Shown: positions 25,301 through 37,712 of the stretch, one piece after another
Layout of the letters: every line of letters begins with the position of its first letter
Position numbering within the stretch: position 1 is the first letter of the stretch
Source: Raillietiella orientalis
Lineage: Eukaryota
Assembly: GCA_036172245.1 (NCBI GenBank)
Contig: JAYWIR010000017.1
Coordinates: 3,844,001 to 3,908,000 of the forward strand
Reading direction: 5' to 3'
Length of the DNA stretch: 64,000 bases
Notes under the pieces: model-generated
Seen by the model: only the letters and a program-made list of their open reading frames with translations
Told to the model about the DNA's origin: nothing
The model's database searches: none
Made by a program: the position numbers and the translations under genes

Positions 25301-27402
25301 CATTTTGTACACTTTCAAGGTTTCGCGATGTAGCAAAGCGATCACTGAGAGATCAGTTCTCAGGATGCTGAGAGTGGCTTTTGTTTTATTCCAGTTGTTA
25401 ACGTATTCGTATTTTCTTACCACTTGGTCACCAAAAACCAACTGCACTGTTTCCTGAAATAGCTGTCTCGATGCAACATCCCTGGGTACTGGATATCATC
25501 TTGTAACACCGAACTGTTTTTCCCTAGGCATGGCCTACTTGATAATAGGCGATCCCTGAGCGTGAAACATTAGAATTCCACTTCCATCATTCATCTATAG
25601 AAGCAAGTCGGATCTTTTGGCATCTTCATCGAAGTCAATATTAGATCTTTGTTTATGCAATTGACCGGCTAACTTGTGAAGTTTTAGAACTCGATGTTCT
25701 CATAATTCGGGAAATTCTGAGAGCACATATTCCCTTCTCGAGTTAGGGCGTTTCTTGACATCCCGAAATCCGTTCTTCACTGAAATTTTAGAGAACCTGT
25801 GGAAGCTGATAAAAGATCAATAGGGCATCCGGCTGATTTGCCAGCATCTATGCTGGAATCGTCTCTAGGATGTTTATCCGCAGCAGGATCAGAGATATTG
25901 CGTTAGCATCAGTAATTTTTCCCTTGACGGCTAAAGCCGTTGAACCTCAAGATTTGATGCTGATTCTTAGAGACCCTTCACCGAAAAATAGGGGATTTCT
26001 TCTTAAAGTTCTGTTCTAAAGTCGTACGCACTGAAGCTCTATGGAAACTGCTACTGCGCCCCTGTACCAGAGACGAGAATGCATAAACCAGATCAACATC
26101 CCCAGAGTAGCCTATAGTAAAAGTGATGATCTCTGTGAGGTCTCTGGACGGGCAGCGCGAATTCTGATTAATCGGTAACCATCACAATATAGTTGATGTC
26201 TTTTCCGCTGTGCGACAAGATTTCTTCCATTTGAACGTTTCACTTTTCGGTTTCTGATACTCAAATTTTCCGATTTCTTCTGGAAACTGGAGCTTCTTAA
26301 TAACCCATCTTCATGGAAGCATCTGGTGAACTGCACCGTCCACAAGATGCCACCAAGAGAGCAAAACAATTCGTAAGCACTCTTGGAGGAATCTTCAATT
26401 GAAAAAAATGAATTCCATCGATGCTCATTGATAAATTCGAAAACAACTCTAGATTTTCCAGAAGCTAATTAAATATGAAGAGCATCAGAAAGGGCCGAAC
26501 GAAAAACGAAAGACCTTCAGATTTATCGTCCTACAACTCGTCTGCTCGCAATCCTACATGCATCCCCAGCTTGGACTTTTGCAAGGACAAATTTTGTACA
26601 TCACGGCCACCTGAAAATTAAATTGCAACTGCTATTGCAAGATCTCTTGCGCCGCTAGAAGAGTCGTGGATGGTCCCAGAATTAAGAAATGTTCGCAGAA
26701 GCAAATTTCCAGATTTTCTTCCCGAACAGAAAATAAAATTTCGATAGAAAGCTAACAGAAAGAAGAAAGGACCCTCACGTAATTGAAGAAGAGTAGTCCG
26801 GTATTCTATCTCCTTGTTTTAACCATTGGGTGTTCCGTTGAGTACTGAGGATTCTAACCAAGCTCCTGTAATATGTGAATTTGTCGTTCGTCAGTTCAGT
26901 TTGGTGTTTGGCTCCTCCTTATTAACTTTATTAATGAAGGGCTTTAAAGATGCACTAATCACTAATCATATGATTTCTAGCAATGGCTTTTGTCATTCTT
27001 ATATCATTATCCTCATATTCGTAAATGAAATCCGAGGGCAGATGTTTCTTTTAGTGAAAAAAAAAAAAAAAAAAGCTGCACAAATGGTAATCAAAACAGC
27101 TGATTTCTGGAAAAGCACAAGTTTAAAAGAACTCAATGGAAAAATTGAACGTCTTCTCGATGAAACGAAAAATCGAAGACTGAACTTGATGAAATTTGAC
27201 CCTCTCGACATATACTGTCAATTAGCATTAGCAGTGGGGGGAAAGGGGGGGGGGATTACTCCATTTGAAGGCAGCTTTACACTTAGAGGTCTCGGATATC
27301 GAACGGGAGTGCTAGTTGACAACTGGCTTTCATCATCATCATAAATAAACAGCTGCTTCGTCACGAAGTCTGTCAAGTTTCACCAAGGTTTGTGCCATCA
27401 AG

Positions 27403-27996
27403 TCAATGAGCACGTGGTCTTCCCGCCACTGCAAACCAGTGCCTCACAAGAAGCGCCTCATCTGTGTGTGCAAGTCGGAAGCCGGCAGGCAGAGATGTAG
27501 GATGTCCACCAAGCCGTAAGTTGTCCATTGCTACTCCTCCCTTATTTTCCTGATTTCTTGAAAACGATCGAAATTTCGAGCACCTTCGTTTGCGCTGGAA
27601 GAAAGACAGCTTGATTCGAACCAGGAATGTAACGAAGACACTCTCACGTGTGAAATATTGATTCCGGAACTCTGGCAACGGATGCGGATTCCCAATTGGT
27701 AGGTCGGCTAGGCGGTCGCTCAAGAGAGTCTGTCTAGACCCAAATAGAATCAGAATAGAATTCACTGGTGCGACTGACCTCCTCTTGAGATGATTCTGTG
27801 CCGTTGAAAATCCACGTGGCACAAACGAGATGTGTGTGTCAAACCATTTTTCCCCCGAGTGTAAAATCGATTTCTTGTACAGGATGTACCTCCATCTATG
27901 TTCAGAATCATGAAGTTCTTGCTGATTATTCCTCATAATAGAATCCGCACAAGTGCGTAATTTAGATGTAAAATGCCATGGAATGTGCGTCCTCAC
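27403..27996 (-). other. Stop-free 197-codon frame between the N-like and L genes; candidate viral middle gene (P/M-position), function unknown
   Basis: Position and orientation only; no recognisable motif and GTG start. Confidence 0.25.
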
Positions 27997-28329
27997 GTTT
28001 TTCCGAGAAGCGGTGGGATGACTTTATGGACCCAAACAAGCAAAACTAGGAATACGCTCTCCCGAGCATGAGGTTTAGCGGAATTTAGTCAAGTATGAAC
28101 GATAGTGGCTTATTTCGTTTCCATATAGTTTCTTCTATTGCCTTCTGAATGTTTGAGCTGTACGTTAGTTTCAAAACTGCCTTTCCTTTGTGTATAGAAA
28201 TCAACAAGATGTTGACGTCCGTAGCTCGCTGCATCCATTCAGATCTTTAGGGATCGAAACCGCGATTGATTCCCACTCAGGCATTTCCTTGCTGGAAAGA
28301 CAAAAGGAAAAACAATCTTTTGTTTTCTC

Positions 28330-29300
28330 ATTGAACTTGAGCGGTTTGCTGGTTTGTCTGTTCCTCGAATGCAGATGCTGGATTAGAACGGTTCACCTTG
28401 GATTCTTGGATGATTCACTCCGTGCGGATCTTCACTTCCTGTTTCAGTGAGTGGAGGATGAAGCAAGCTGTGGAGTAGCTCAGCTCCCAGAGTGAAGATG
28501 AAATTTTCATGGCGGTGATATAGCTGAAATACGGTGATAGCTGAGAATTCCGAATCTGATTGCAACTCGTTCATAGCGATGCTGATTTTATGGAGCAGTA
28601 TAAAAATCAAGCCTTGGATTTGTATTTCCTGGATCTCGGTCCAGACCTCAAGCTACTTATGTTGGTTTCCAGTCTCGCTCTTGTATCGGTTTCACTAGTC
28701 CTGAGGCTGGAAATCGCAAGCATAGGTCACGAAATGGACCGATCGATAAAAAGTAGTACGTACATAAATAGGCGTGGAGCTCCTGGTAGTTTTAGATACC
28801 GGCCATTCGGTGGTGGGTATGAGGTTTAATTTGTGCTTTCAATGGCATATAATGATATAAGAAAACTCAAGAGAAAGGATAATGCATGTCATTGCCGTGG
28901 TCTGAAGCCACCATTCTGAATTATTTTATCAGTTGTCTTGATCAGTGATGACTTATTTAGTACCACATTATTATTCATAGATACATAAACCAGGGTTTCA
29001 TCGAGAATCCGTTATTGAGGGCGGTAGATAAAGTCGTTTGGAGGTTTTGCAATCTATTGGAAGTCGATGCCTACTCAGTGGGACAGTCTGCAAATTAAAT
29101 TCCTGCACCCATTCGTGTAGCAGTTGGCACTCCGAGATTGTAGGTGCAATGCTGATGGGACAATAAATACAGCAGGTGTGAATGTGTGTGTCAAAGAATG
29201 AATTTCTCAAATTAACATGAAAACGGTGGTTCCAGAGGGTCAGTGCATTAACATGGAATCAAAGAGCATAAGAATCATCCCAAATACGAAAACGCAGGCA
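28330..29300 (-). pseudogene. Endogenous Mononegavirales-like nucleoprotein (N) remnant
   Basis: FIYRLNNGFSMKPWF, FRMVASDHG-MTCIILSLEF (cf. bornavirus N IKLVASYAQMTTYTTIKEY), RYLKLPGAP, FRDL..LAIS (cf. FPNLASAA) in order; candidate stop ...QTAQVQ* near 28330; upstream of and co-oriented with L. Confidence 0.55.
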
Positions 29301-30504
29301 GATTTCAAATATGCCAGAATGGAAAATAGATAGAAACATTGTGAGGGTTGCTATTGTGATATGTAAATGCATGTTTGAAAAAGCCCTGTCGATTTTTGTG
29401 TGTGTGTGTGTGTGTCTTTTTACCAAGACGGTACAGCGGAACAGATTTTCCTCTAATATCATAATTTAAACGGAGTCACACGAAATATGAATCCGTTGTG
29501 ACGTGTGGTGTTTTTGAATGGAGGAGGAAACGCTCTTGGAAATAGAACCGCTCCACAGAAGAGTTTCTTCCCATTTTTACATTCTCTACGGCAGGAAATT
29601 ACGAGAGGGGCGGAAGCTGGAGGGAGGGAAGGACAACCACGATGCCGAGTGGAACCCAGCGAAGATAATTATCTTGCGGATCTGCAGCGTTAGCTTGAAA
29701 AAAAAAAAAGTGCACTTTGGGAGGAGTGATGAGGGTGGAAGTCTCATCCGAGGGCCGGGCGTTGTGGTCTCACGACGTTGGCAGCTAAAGTGAGGTGGGG
29801 TTTCCTAAGGCTCAGTAACACACCTGGGAAATATATTCGATCTCGAGTGAAAACAAACTAAAAGTCTTCATCCAGCGTTCTCATCACCGGAGTTGAAGGC
29901 GCGGCTGAGGTTGCGTGGTTTGGATTGACTAAGTAGATTTCCCTTTGTGTCGAGGACGAAATTGGAAACATTCTCAGAGACATCTTCTTGCAGCAATTCA
30001 AAAAGGCCTATTATTATTATCGTTTTCATTTTTGAAAGTGTTTTCTGGCGTGCTTGAGTGTTGTTGACTTTTGATCGTTGTGACCACTATCATAGTTTAT
30101 CCATTCGTCGTGCATCATTAGCTAACATCGTCCTTCCCTTACAAAGTCAAGGAACTCGCTTTCAAAGAACTCTACCTGATCTGCTCCATCCAGCATTCTC
30201 TTCATGAGTTTTCTAAGCTAACATTTCTAAAGATGGCACGCATCGAAGCTGGGCATTTGGCCTTCACGAGCGGATTGGGTCCAGATTGAAAATTGGGATT
30301 TTTCCAAATCCCGAATTCAGCTGTTGAGAATTCGTAACACTTCAAATAGTCCTTTCTTTATTTATCATTATCAATTGGACATTCGTAGTTGATTTCAGAA
30401 ACATTGCAAAGCCTTGTTCCCACTCCCTGATCCTGAATTGGTGTGAAGCTTGGCTTTATACTGGAATGAGTGACTGAAGCTTTGCATTTGTACGGACATC
30501 TTGC

Positions 30505-30935
30505 TTGATTTCTATGTAAAATTTTCCCAATTGGATCTTTGAAAAAGCTATAGGACCCCCTTTCTGGCGACCAAACAGGTGTAGCATACTTTGCACTTCC
30601 AAAACAAATTCTCTTGGGTTTTTTGCAATTTTTTTTTTTTTTGGCTAGTAAAATTTATGATGGATAGTTGGAGAGGAGAAAAAGAGGGAGGGGTGGTCAT
30701 GGTTGCTGAACTTTTAGTGATTTTTTTCGTACGCTTGCTGTTCAGATCCAAGGACAACGTATTCGTTCCACCATTAGATGAGTGAGGGATTAAAAGAGAT
30801 TTGCCATCAGGAGAAAATCTCGGAGCAGAGATTGCTCCCTCGAAAGCACTAATCATTGACTCGACATTGTCTTTTAGATTCCTTAAGATTATGTAGCTTC
30901 CACCATGCCACATTTTGCCTTCAGATATAGACTTG
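30505..30935 (-). pseudogene. tolB: Bacterial (Wolbachia-like) tolB fragment, nuclear insertion, frameshifted
   Basis: SYIILRNLKDNVESMISAFEGAISAPRFSPDGKSLLI..LSLDLNSKRTKKITKSSA..PSFSP, then after frameshifts KKPKRICFGSAKYATPVWSP and IAFSKIQLGKFYI: PD40 beta-propeller repeats closely resembling Wolbachia TolB as recalled. Confidence 0.85.
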
Positions 30936-31630
30936 CTTGTAATCGAAATTCTAATTTGCTATCGCACTTTTTGCCACTGAACTCTAATCCTCAAAATAAT
31001 TCAAAACATTACGTTGGTTCGTGGGCCCTGAAATGATTGGTGTACAGTGTTGATCGAAGAGCGAAATGCTGCAAACTGTAACACGAATTTTCAAATGATC
31101 TTTCTTTCTTTCTTGCCCCGCCCCCCTCCTCCCTCCTCTTATCTCGCTTATTTATTTATTTATTTATTTTTTGAATCTTTCGATTGGGAGTACAGAAATA
31201 CATTATGCACAATCTTCAGAATATCCAATAAATTACTTCATTGATTGACATGAAGATGATCCGGATATTACTCACATTTTCAATATACAACTATTAAACA
31301 GCGTGATCTATTATTCTCAATAATTTCCTGCTGTTTGATCATACCTCATTACTCTTTAGACGAGGAATTCATCATCTTGTGAAATTCAGCGTTCGGCATG
31401 TATGTGTCATGTCCTTTAGGAAACCAATGTTGCTCATCATCATCAGAGATTCCAAGAGATTTCCATAAGAGATTCATTCTCATCATCAGGGATGTCAAAT
31501 CAAGTTTCGATTTGTAATTCATATTATTGAAACTAGTTAATCATCTGAATAATTGTATTTTGACATCTATCTTTATGAAAACTATGAAAGTTACTCATTT
31601 CATAAACATGATGCTGAAAACGTGATTTTC

Positions 31631-34527
31631 ATGAACATGATATTCAAAAAAGCTGTTTTAAATATCAATAATTTCAGAATAAAGGACTTCTCAATCGTGA
31701 TAAGTATCATTATCATGCATGCTCATTCCGAAGTTCAGTATACTTTCAAGGAGTACACATATCCTCTTTCTCCTGCAAGTGTAAGTACAGTTGCTGTACA
31801 ACTGCATGTTACGAACCATCGCGCTTCTGTGCAGTGTGAGAAAGTTGTCCTAAATTTTGATACTGTAAACATTAAAAAGTAAGCATTTTCTGAGTTTGAA
31901 AGTGGGTTATTTTCGATTCAGATTTCCGAATCATTTGGAGAAGATGCAAACTCCTATACTTTATCAGTTATTATCACATAAAGGAAGATAATGAAGATCT
32001 ATGTGACCATCTTTACATGACATAAATGTTCATCCCTTGCCAGACTTTCAGACTCTTTTAGTATATCGGTGAATTACTTTTCCATTTGCTCATTTTGAGC
32101 TATTATTACTTTAATAAGGGGGAAAAAAAATCTGCTGATGGGTCTCATCTTGATTACGTCACAATTTCAAAATCAAGAAAGCACGATGATAGCAGCCCAG
32201 TGTATTCGTAGGACCGCAATGATACTAGCACGTTAATGGTCTTTGAAAAGCATCCATTGAAGTTATCGAATGGATTATGAATTCTCTCTTCTATATTTCT
32301 TCTATGACTAATGCAAATATCTTTAAAATGCGAGATTTCCTAGCACTCCTTTTCAGGAGAGCATTTTTGCTTCGAGAGGTGAACTCAAATCATCATTCAC
32401 GGCAAGATTCCTCGCAACCTTAGAAAGATGGTTCCTGTTTTAGACCATCTGTTTCATCGCTTCATTTAGAAGCAAATGCCACATAGTGAATAGTTGCTTC
32501 ACCAGGAAGTGAGCCGGAAGACGTTTTCCTAAAAACATCCCTCAGCTAAAATATAACTTCTGTTTCTGCTTCATTATGAGCTCATGAAAATTCAGCACAC
32601 CTTCAGCACAGTAACTTGGTGGATTCTTCATTCATGAGCAATAGCACTTTGACCTTTCAGACACTCTCTTCCGTTTTCCATTGCAAACTGTGGCTGTTCG
32701 TAATCAGCAAAAAACTTTTAAGCTGAAGGTCCTTACCTTTATGAAGTTCCGCAAACAGTTTAAGCACTTTCGTCTCTGATCTCATTTTTCACGGGAAGGA
32801 ATTCTGGACCGCTTGGTCCTCTACTACGAAATCAAAGAAAACTGGACGTACTGCAAAGTGACACTCATGCTTTGACTTTTTGCACGAATCAGTGGGTGAT
32901 TTGGATGGAAGTGAACACCAGGAGCGTGTGTTTCAAAAAAGAAAAAAAAAATCACATGGCCTCACGTCGACGATTCTGCATCCGATTCTTTCGTCTTTCC
33001 TGCTGAAGATCCACGGTAATTTCAATAGACACGGACCTCCTTTCTGGACTCTGCAGTAACATATATCTGAAGCCTCTGAAAACAGCATGCTTGAGTTCTC
33101 AACCATTTGCGAAGAATCTTTTGCTCAGTGCAGAATACAAAATGAATATTGGCATTCTTTCTCGGCAATGCTTCCCGTTCAATCAGGCACTTTACTTTTC
33201 CCCTTCTCAATATTCTTTCGAAAACTGTTGTAGCAGGACAAAAACTAACGAGATTGCCGAAGTTGAGACGATCTCTTGGATAAGTCGAGGTAATCATAGA
33301 TGAAGGACAATCCTTCTTCTCACTCATCAGCCAGATTACATAGCTTTGCTTTATACAGCCAGGATCAGCGCTTCAGAGTACAATTAGAAATCATTTTTTA
33401 AATGGCATGGACGATCCAGAACCAGCAATGGCATACAATGACCTCTCACTGTAATACATTATTTGTGTGAACAACTTCAGCTCGCATACAGTGGTTATCT
33501 CGATGAGACCTATCGGTGAGATCTGCCTACCAAGGCGTTACCGAGAATAGGCAGATGGACTTCTAATTCCGTAAATGAGAAACTTTGGGAGATGACCTTA
33601 CCGATGCATCTGTACCTCGCAGTTTGCATGCAGAAACTGAATTTATATTCCACAAAATACTGTTGTGAGAAAGACTAAAAGCACTGATCGGCCCGATTTT
33701 CAGCCCAATCAACTGGCCCATCGTTCCAGTCTCAGCCATCACAAAAATGTTACCAAACTAATCTTGCATGCACATCGAATTCCTTTTTTCCAGGAAACCA
33801 TATGGGACGAATTCGAATCTGCCTGTGAACTAACAGCGGATTGCAAAGATCTGAGTGGACTTCATTTCATCCGTTGCGTGAAAGAATGCATCTCTCCCTC
33901 TTGTTACCTGGATTTGTACGGTAGTGACGAGGTAAGTATGGGTTTTCCAGGAGAAGGCAAGCTCATTTCTTTACGATGCTGAGAATAAGGGTCGTGCATG
34001 AGCTTTTCCCATGACTTCGGACTCTGCATTCTAAGCACCGATCCTGAAATATGCTGAGATTTCGAAAATTCGAAAAGAAAAAAAAATGTCTCAACTTAAC
34101 CCCGAATGTTCGTGGTAGATAATTTTTTCCTGAGCTCTCACGCTTGGCAGTCAGCTGCTTGATGTTTTTTTTTTGTTGTTGTTGTTGCGAAACCATTAGT
34201 AGTTCCGGAAAATTCGACGATTTGGATTCTAGGAAGAATACGCAGAGTTAGCCCAAAGTGGGAACCCTGTTTTATGGAATCCACGAGTCGTTTTTTGCAT
34301 TCTAGTGGCCATTTCAGAGGGGGAAAAAACTACCATTAAGAAGTCCAGACCCACTTTCTGCACTTTGAAAGTATTCTGATTGCTGAATGTATTTCTGAAT
34401 ATTGTCTTTCCCTAAGTTTTGCGCTCAAGTTGTTCCATTGCAGTTGGAGGAAGGGGAAATCGATGTCCGTCACAACTCCTTTAAAGGATGTTTCCTGCAA
34501 AAAATGGCACGTCGTCATAAGTACTAA
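31631..34527 (+). CDS. DUF4787-family small secreted Cys-rich protein; exons ~31631-31780, 33794-33931, 34444-34527 (start uncertain)
   Basis: YTFKEYTYP|ETIWDEFESAC...CVKECISPSCYLDLYGSDE|LEEGEIDVRHNSFKGCF; GTAAGT donors at 31781 and 33932, CAG acceptors, all phase 0; TAA at 34525-34527. Confidence 0.8.
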
Positions 34528-35874
34528 AGAGGAAATTCAAGATGAACATCACCTCGAGATGATGTGGACTGAATAACGTGTGACGAGAAGCGACACCCTC
34601 AAGGATCAATCATTTCATGGCAGAAGAATAAAAGCATAAAAGTTACAAATTTTTGTTGTCATTTCTCCCACAGGTTTGTTCGGCAGATGCTGAACGTCTG
34701 GATCGTGTGAGGCTGATGTTCAGAATGAAAACTTGAAAGGAATTCCCTGAGGACTTTTGTTCGTTTCATGAGGCAGCATCTTTCTCGGACAGCTCACAGA
34801 CTCTTATCTGGACACACATCTTTAATGTGCACCGAGTATTTCGTAATAGGCAGCTTTCTTCGTGAATCCAAATTATCACTTTTGCCATTCACCTACCAAC
34901 TCATCCAAGCCTTGTTTTTGGAAAACTGTTGGCGTATCTCTATCAAGAAAGACGACTCATTGGTAAATTAATAATTAAAGGGATAGGCAGAGTTGTCTGA
35001 GATGAATTTTTTCTTCTTTCTCTCAGTATTCTCCTGCTCCACTTTCGATTAATACTTCGGTTTCTCCTCTAAGGTGTTGGTTTCAGGTACATTTGCACAA
35101 GAGGACGCGAACTCTTGAGTATGAGCAACTGACTGCAAAGAAGCCAAAACTAAGACTCGGACTCTCTTGAGACTTTGGAAGTCACCTCTTAGTTCGGTGA
35201 GGATTTCTGATGCTTTCGAGTTACTCAATGAACCCAAATGCATTCCCACGCTTGCCATCTGATCTGAATGGAAGTTTGCTCAGGGAAAGAAATACAGAGC
35301 CTCTGGAAGAGAAACTTCAGCAACAACGCATCCACTGCATATCGAAGAATACAAAATCCATATTTAAGGAATCTGGAGACCTTCCTGAGGATTTTGTATA
35401 GAAGAATGCCTGAGAAGAAGAATTTATAGAAATCACGTCGAAGCCTAATGAACAGGGAAGAAATCATAAACAACGATGTAGAAATTTTGTAATGTAAAAG
35501 TTAATGTAATGCTTTTTCCAACTTACTGATCTTTTCGAGATGTGTTTTTATGTGTCTGAGAAGACTTCCGTTGTGCCTCATTTGCTATTTTAAATCGCAT
35601 TCTGCAAGACATGATCTTCGAAACGTTCTGAACAATAACTGATTCAGCTAAGGTTTTATAATGTTTTGGAATTGGTTTTGAATTTGACGTCTTTCAAGAT
35701 TATTTGTTTGTTTCGTGCACTTGAGGAATGTGTGGGACTGAAATTCTAAAAGTCCGGAAGGTTGCTCCAGACCTGTTGCGATATCCCTGGACATATAGGG
35801 GGTATGAGAAAATGAGAAGGTTCGTAACTGAAGTAAAATTAGTAACTTTTAACGCTATAGCAAGCTAGACGAGG

Positions 35875-36820
35875 TTGACACCCGGTCACGCCGGGGCATT
35901 TATTTATGAAAAATAAATATGCACGTTCGTGGCAGGACGTTTGATCCTGCCACGTTAGTTATAACCACGAGGAAGAACCTGTCAACATCTGGCACGCAGG
36001 CCAGAGGGGTTGCCTCGGACTTACAGGGAAAGGGGATACAAACAAAAAGGAAAATAAAAGGAAAGGTACAAAAAAAAAGAGTGGTGGGTTCAGGAAGGGA
36101 TCACTGCGTGCTGGAGGGTGTCCTCTGCATCCTTGTAAGGAATGCCGGCAAGTTTGTGTTTTACTGTTCCCAGATGGGGCCATCTTGACTCTGTACTCAA
36201 AAAGAGGACCGCATAATACACGGCGTTCCTGTCGTTCTGGCTTCCTCTGGCTTTGCTCCATGCAACCACGGTCCCGCTGAGTGGATGCTAGGGATGCAGC
36301 CGGAGTGAGGGCTTTGCGAAGGAAGAGGCGCTTAAGAACATCTCTGGGGTTGTCCTCGGGGATCCGCAAGGACGCGGCAAAGAGCTCCCACAGGGGACGG
36401 AGGGCAACACAATCCATGAGCAGGTTCAGGAGGGATTCTCTCTCACCGCACCTGCCATAGTTAAGGCTCACCACCTCCCCCAATTTCAATCGCCGGCGGG
36501 CGCTGCACGGGTGGCCCCAGTGCAACAGCAGGGTCGCCGATTCCTGCCACTTCAAGGAAGGGGGAGGGGGTTAGTAGGGTAGCACTCTTCCAGCACGCTG
36601 AAGCGTCACTTCACCTCCTCCGGATTAGTTTGTTGCAGTTCTCCCCAGCGGAGCAGTCATTTGGGTGGGACATTTGGGGTCGCAGAGTCCGCCAGCTCCC
36701 AAGTTGTCCACGCAGCCAGTTGTTTTCTTGCTTCCTATAACGCAGGTCACTTCCCACCTCGCTGGCAGTTGGCTGTCCACTGCTCCCCTTAGGGAGGGCA
36801 GCACTGGGGCGAGGGGCAAG
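35875..36820 (-). mobile_element. 5'-truncated L1/Tx1-like non-LTR element (zf-RVT and 3' UTR)
   Basis: LLHWGHPC..CGERESLLNLLMDCVALRPLW; 3' end AATAAA..CCCCGGCGTGACCGGGTGTCAAC; homologous to 62030-63042. Confidence 0.8.
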
Positions 36821-37712
36821 CTAGACTAGGGAGGGGGCTAGCCAACTAGCCTCCATCCCCCGTTTTTTTCTTTCCCTTTTTTAGTTGTTGAAAAATGACT
36901 CTCCAGTATCATACCGAAATTACGAATGATTTACGAATGTATGACCATACGTTACTGCTTAAAAAATAGCACGAAGATGGATTTCAATACTAAATGGTGT
37001 GTTCAGGGGTGATGGGAAGGATGGAAGTTGATGTAAAAAAAAATATTGCATATTCAACGTTGAGGCAATCAGGTAGAATGTATATGGGGTCAGGGTTGGG
37101 TATGGGAGCGTTGGTATATTATAGAGTGCATCGTAATCATTAACGGAGGTAGCGAAATTAAGTGATTACACATTCCTCGATACAAAAGTCAGGTTTCTTG
37201 TAATTGGGACAAATCGTCACGTTTGAAGGAAGATCTTTTTTTTTGTCAACAGATTAAAAGGAACGATTTCTTTCGCCTTTTAGTTCCACAAAATGTGCAC
37301 GTTTTTGCATTACCGATTCCGATGGATTTTCGAGTGTATTTTCGAGTATTTCACTTTTTCCCATCCCGAGCACCGACAGCGACTCGCACAGAAAAATTTA
37401 TCTGCATTTACGTAATGATTTTTGGACGATGCAAGATCACTCCACAAGATGCACGGGAACGCCTTAACCGCTTACCCTTCCCAGTTCTGTGAGCAACAGT
37501 GAAATAAGGATAAACAAATATTTGTGAATCGAACATAGTAAGCATACACGTATCCTGATGTCGTCATCAGTGCGTACGCAACCATGGAGACCACGTACCA
37601 GGTGAAACGGCATTATTGAAAACGCGCAGAATGAGAACCCCAAGTGCTGGCTGGTGCCCCGTGGTGCCCCACTTGTTGTGAACCCCTCCTGAAAGCCCGT
37701 TTTTTGAACACA

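Larger units (their letters stand above)
19450..26826 (-). pseudogene. Endogenous Mononegavirales-like L (RdRp-capping-methyltransferase) gene, nearly full length, decayed, split by insertion 20221-22327
   Basis: Colinear L landmarks: NYIVMVTD (~26180), KHP..IDA (~25870), VKNGFRD..RP (~25770), PREKQ (~25520), TDLS..LHRET motif A (~25350), SVIK..VMCS motif B/C region (~25030), ESW and E*GK motifs D/E (~24870), NTTKSVIKV (~23945), ALRV..YPGLHVP (~23790), FLGS (~23620), QSLLLIGL..HITIDSDC (~23300-23380), FHISDQKG (GxGxG site, ~22490), YLIHFDV (MTase Asp, ~20060). Confidence 0.8.
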
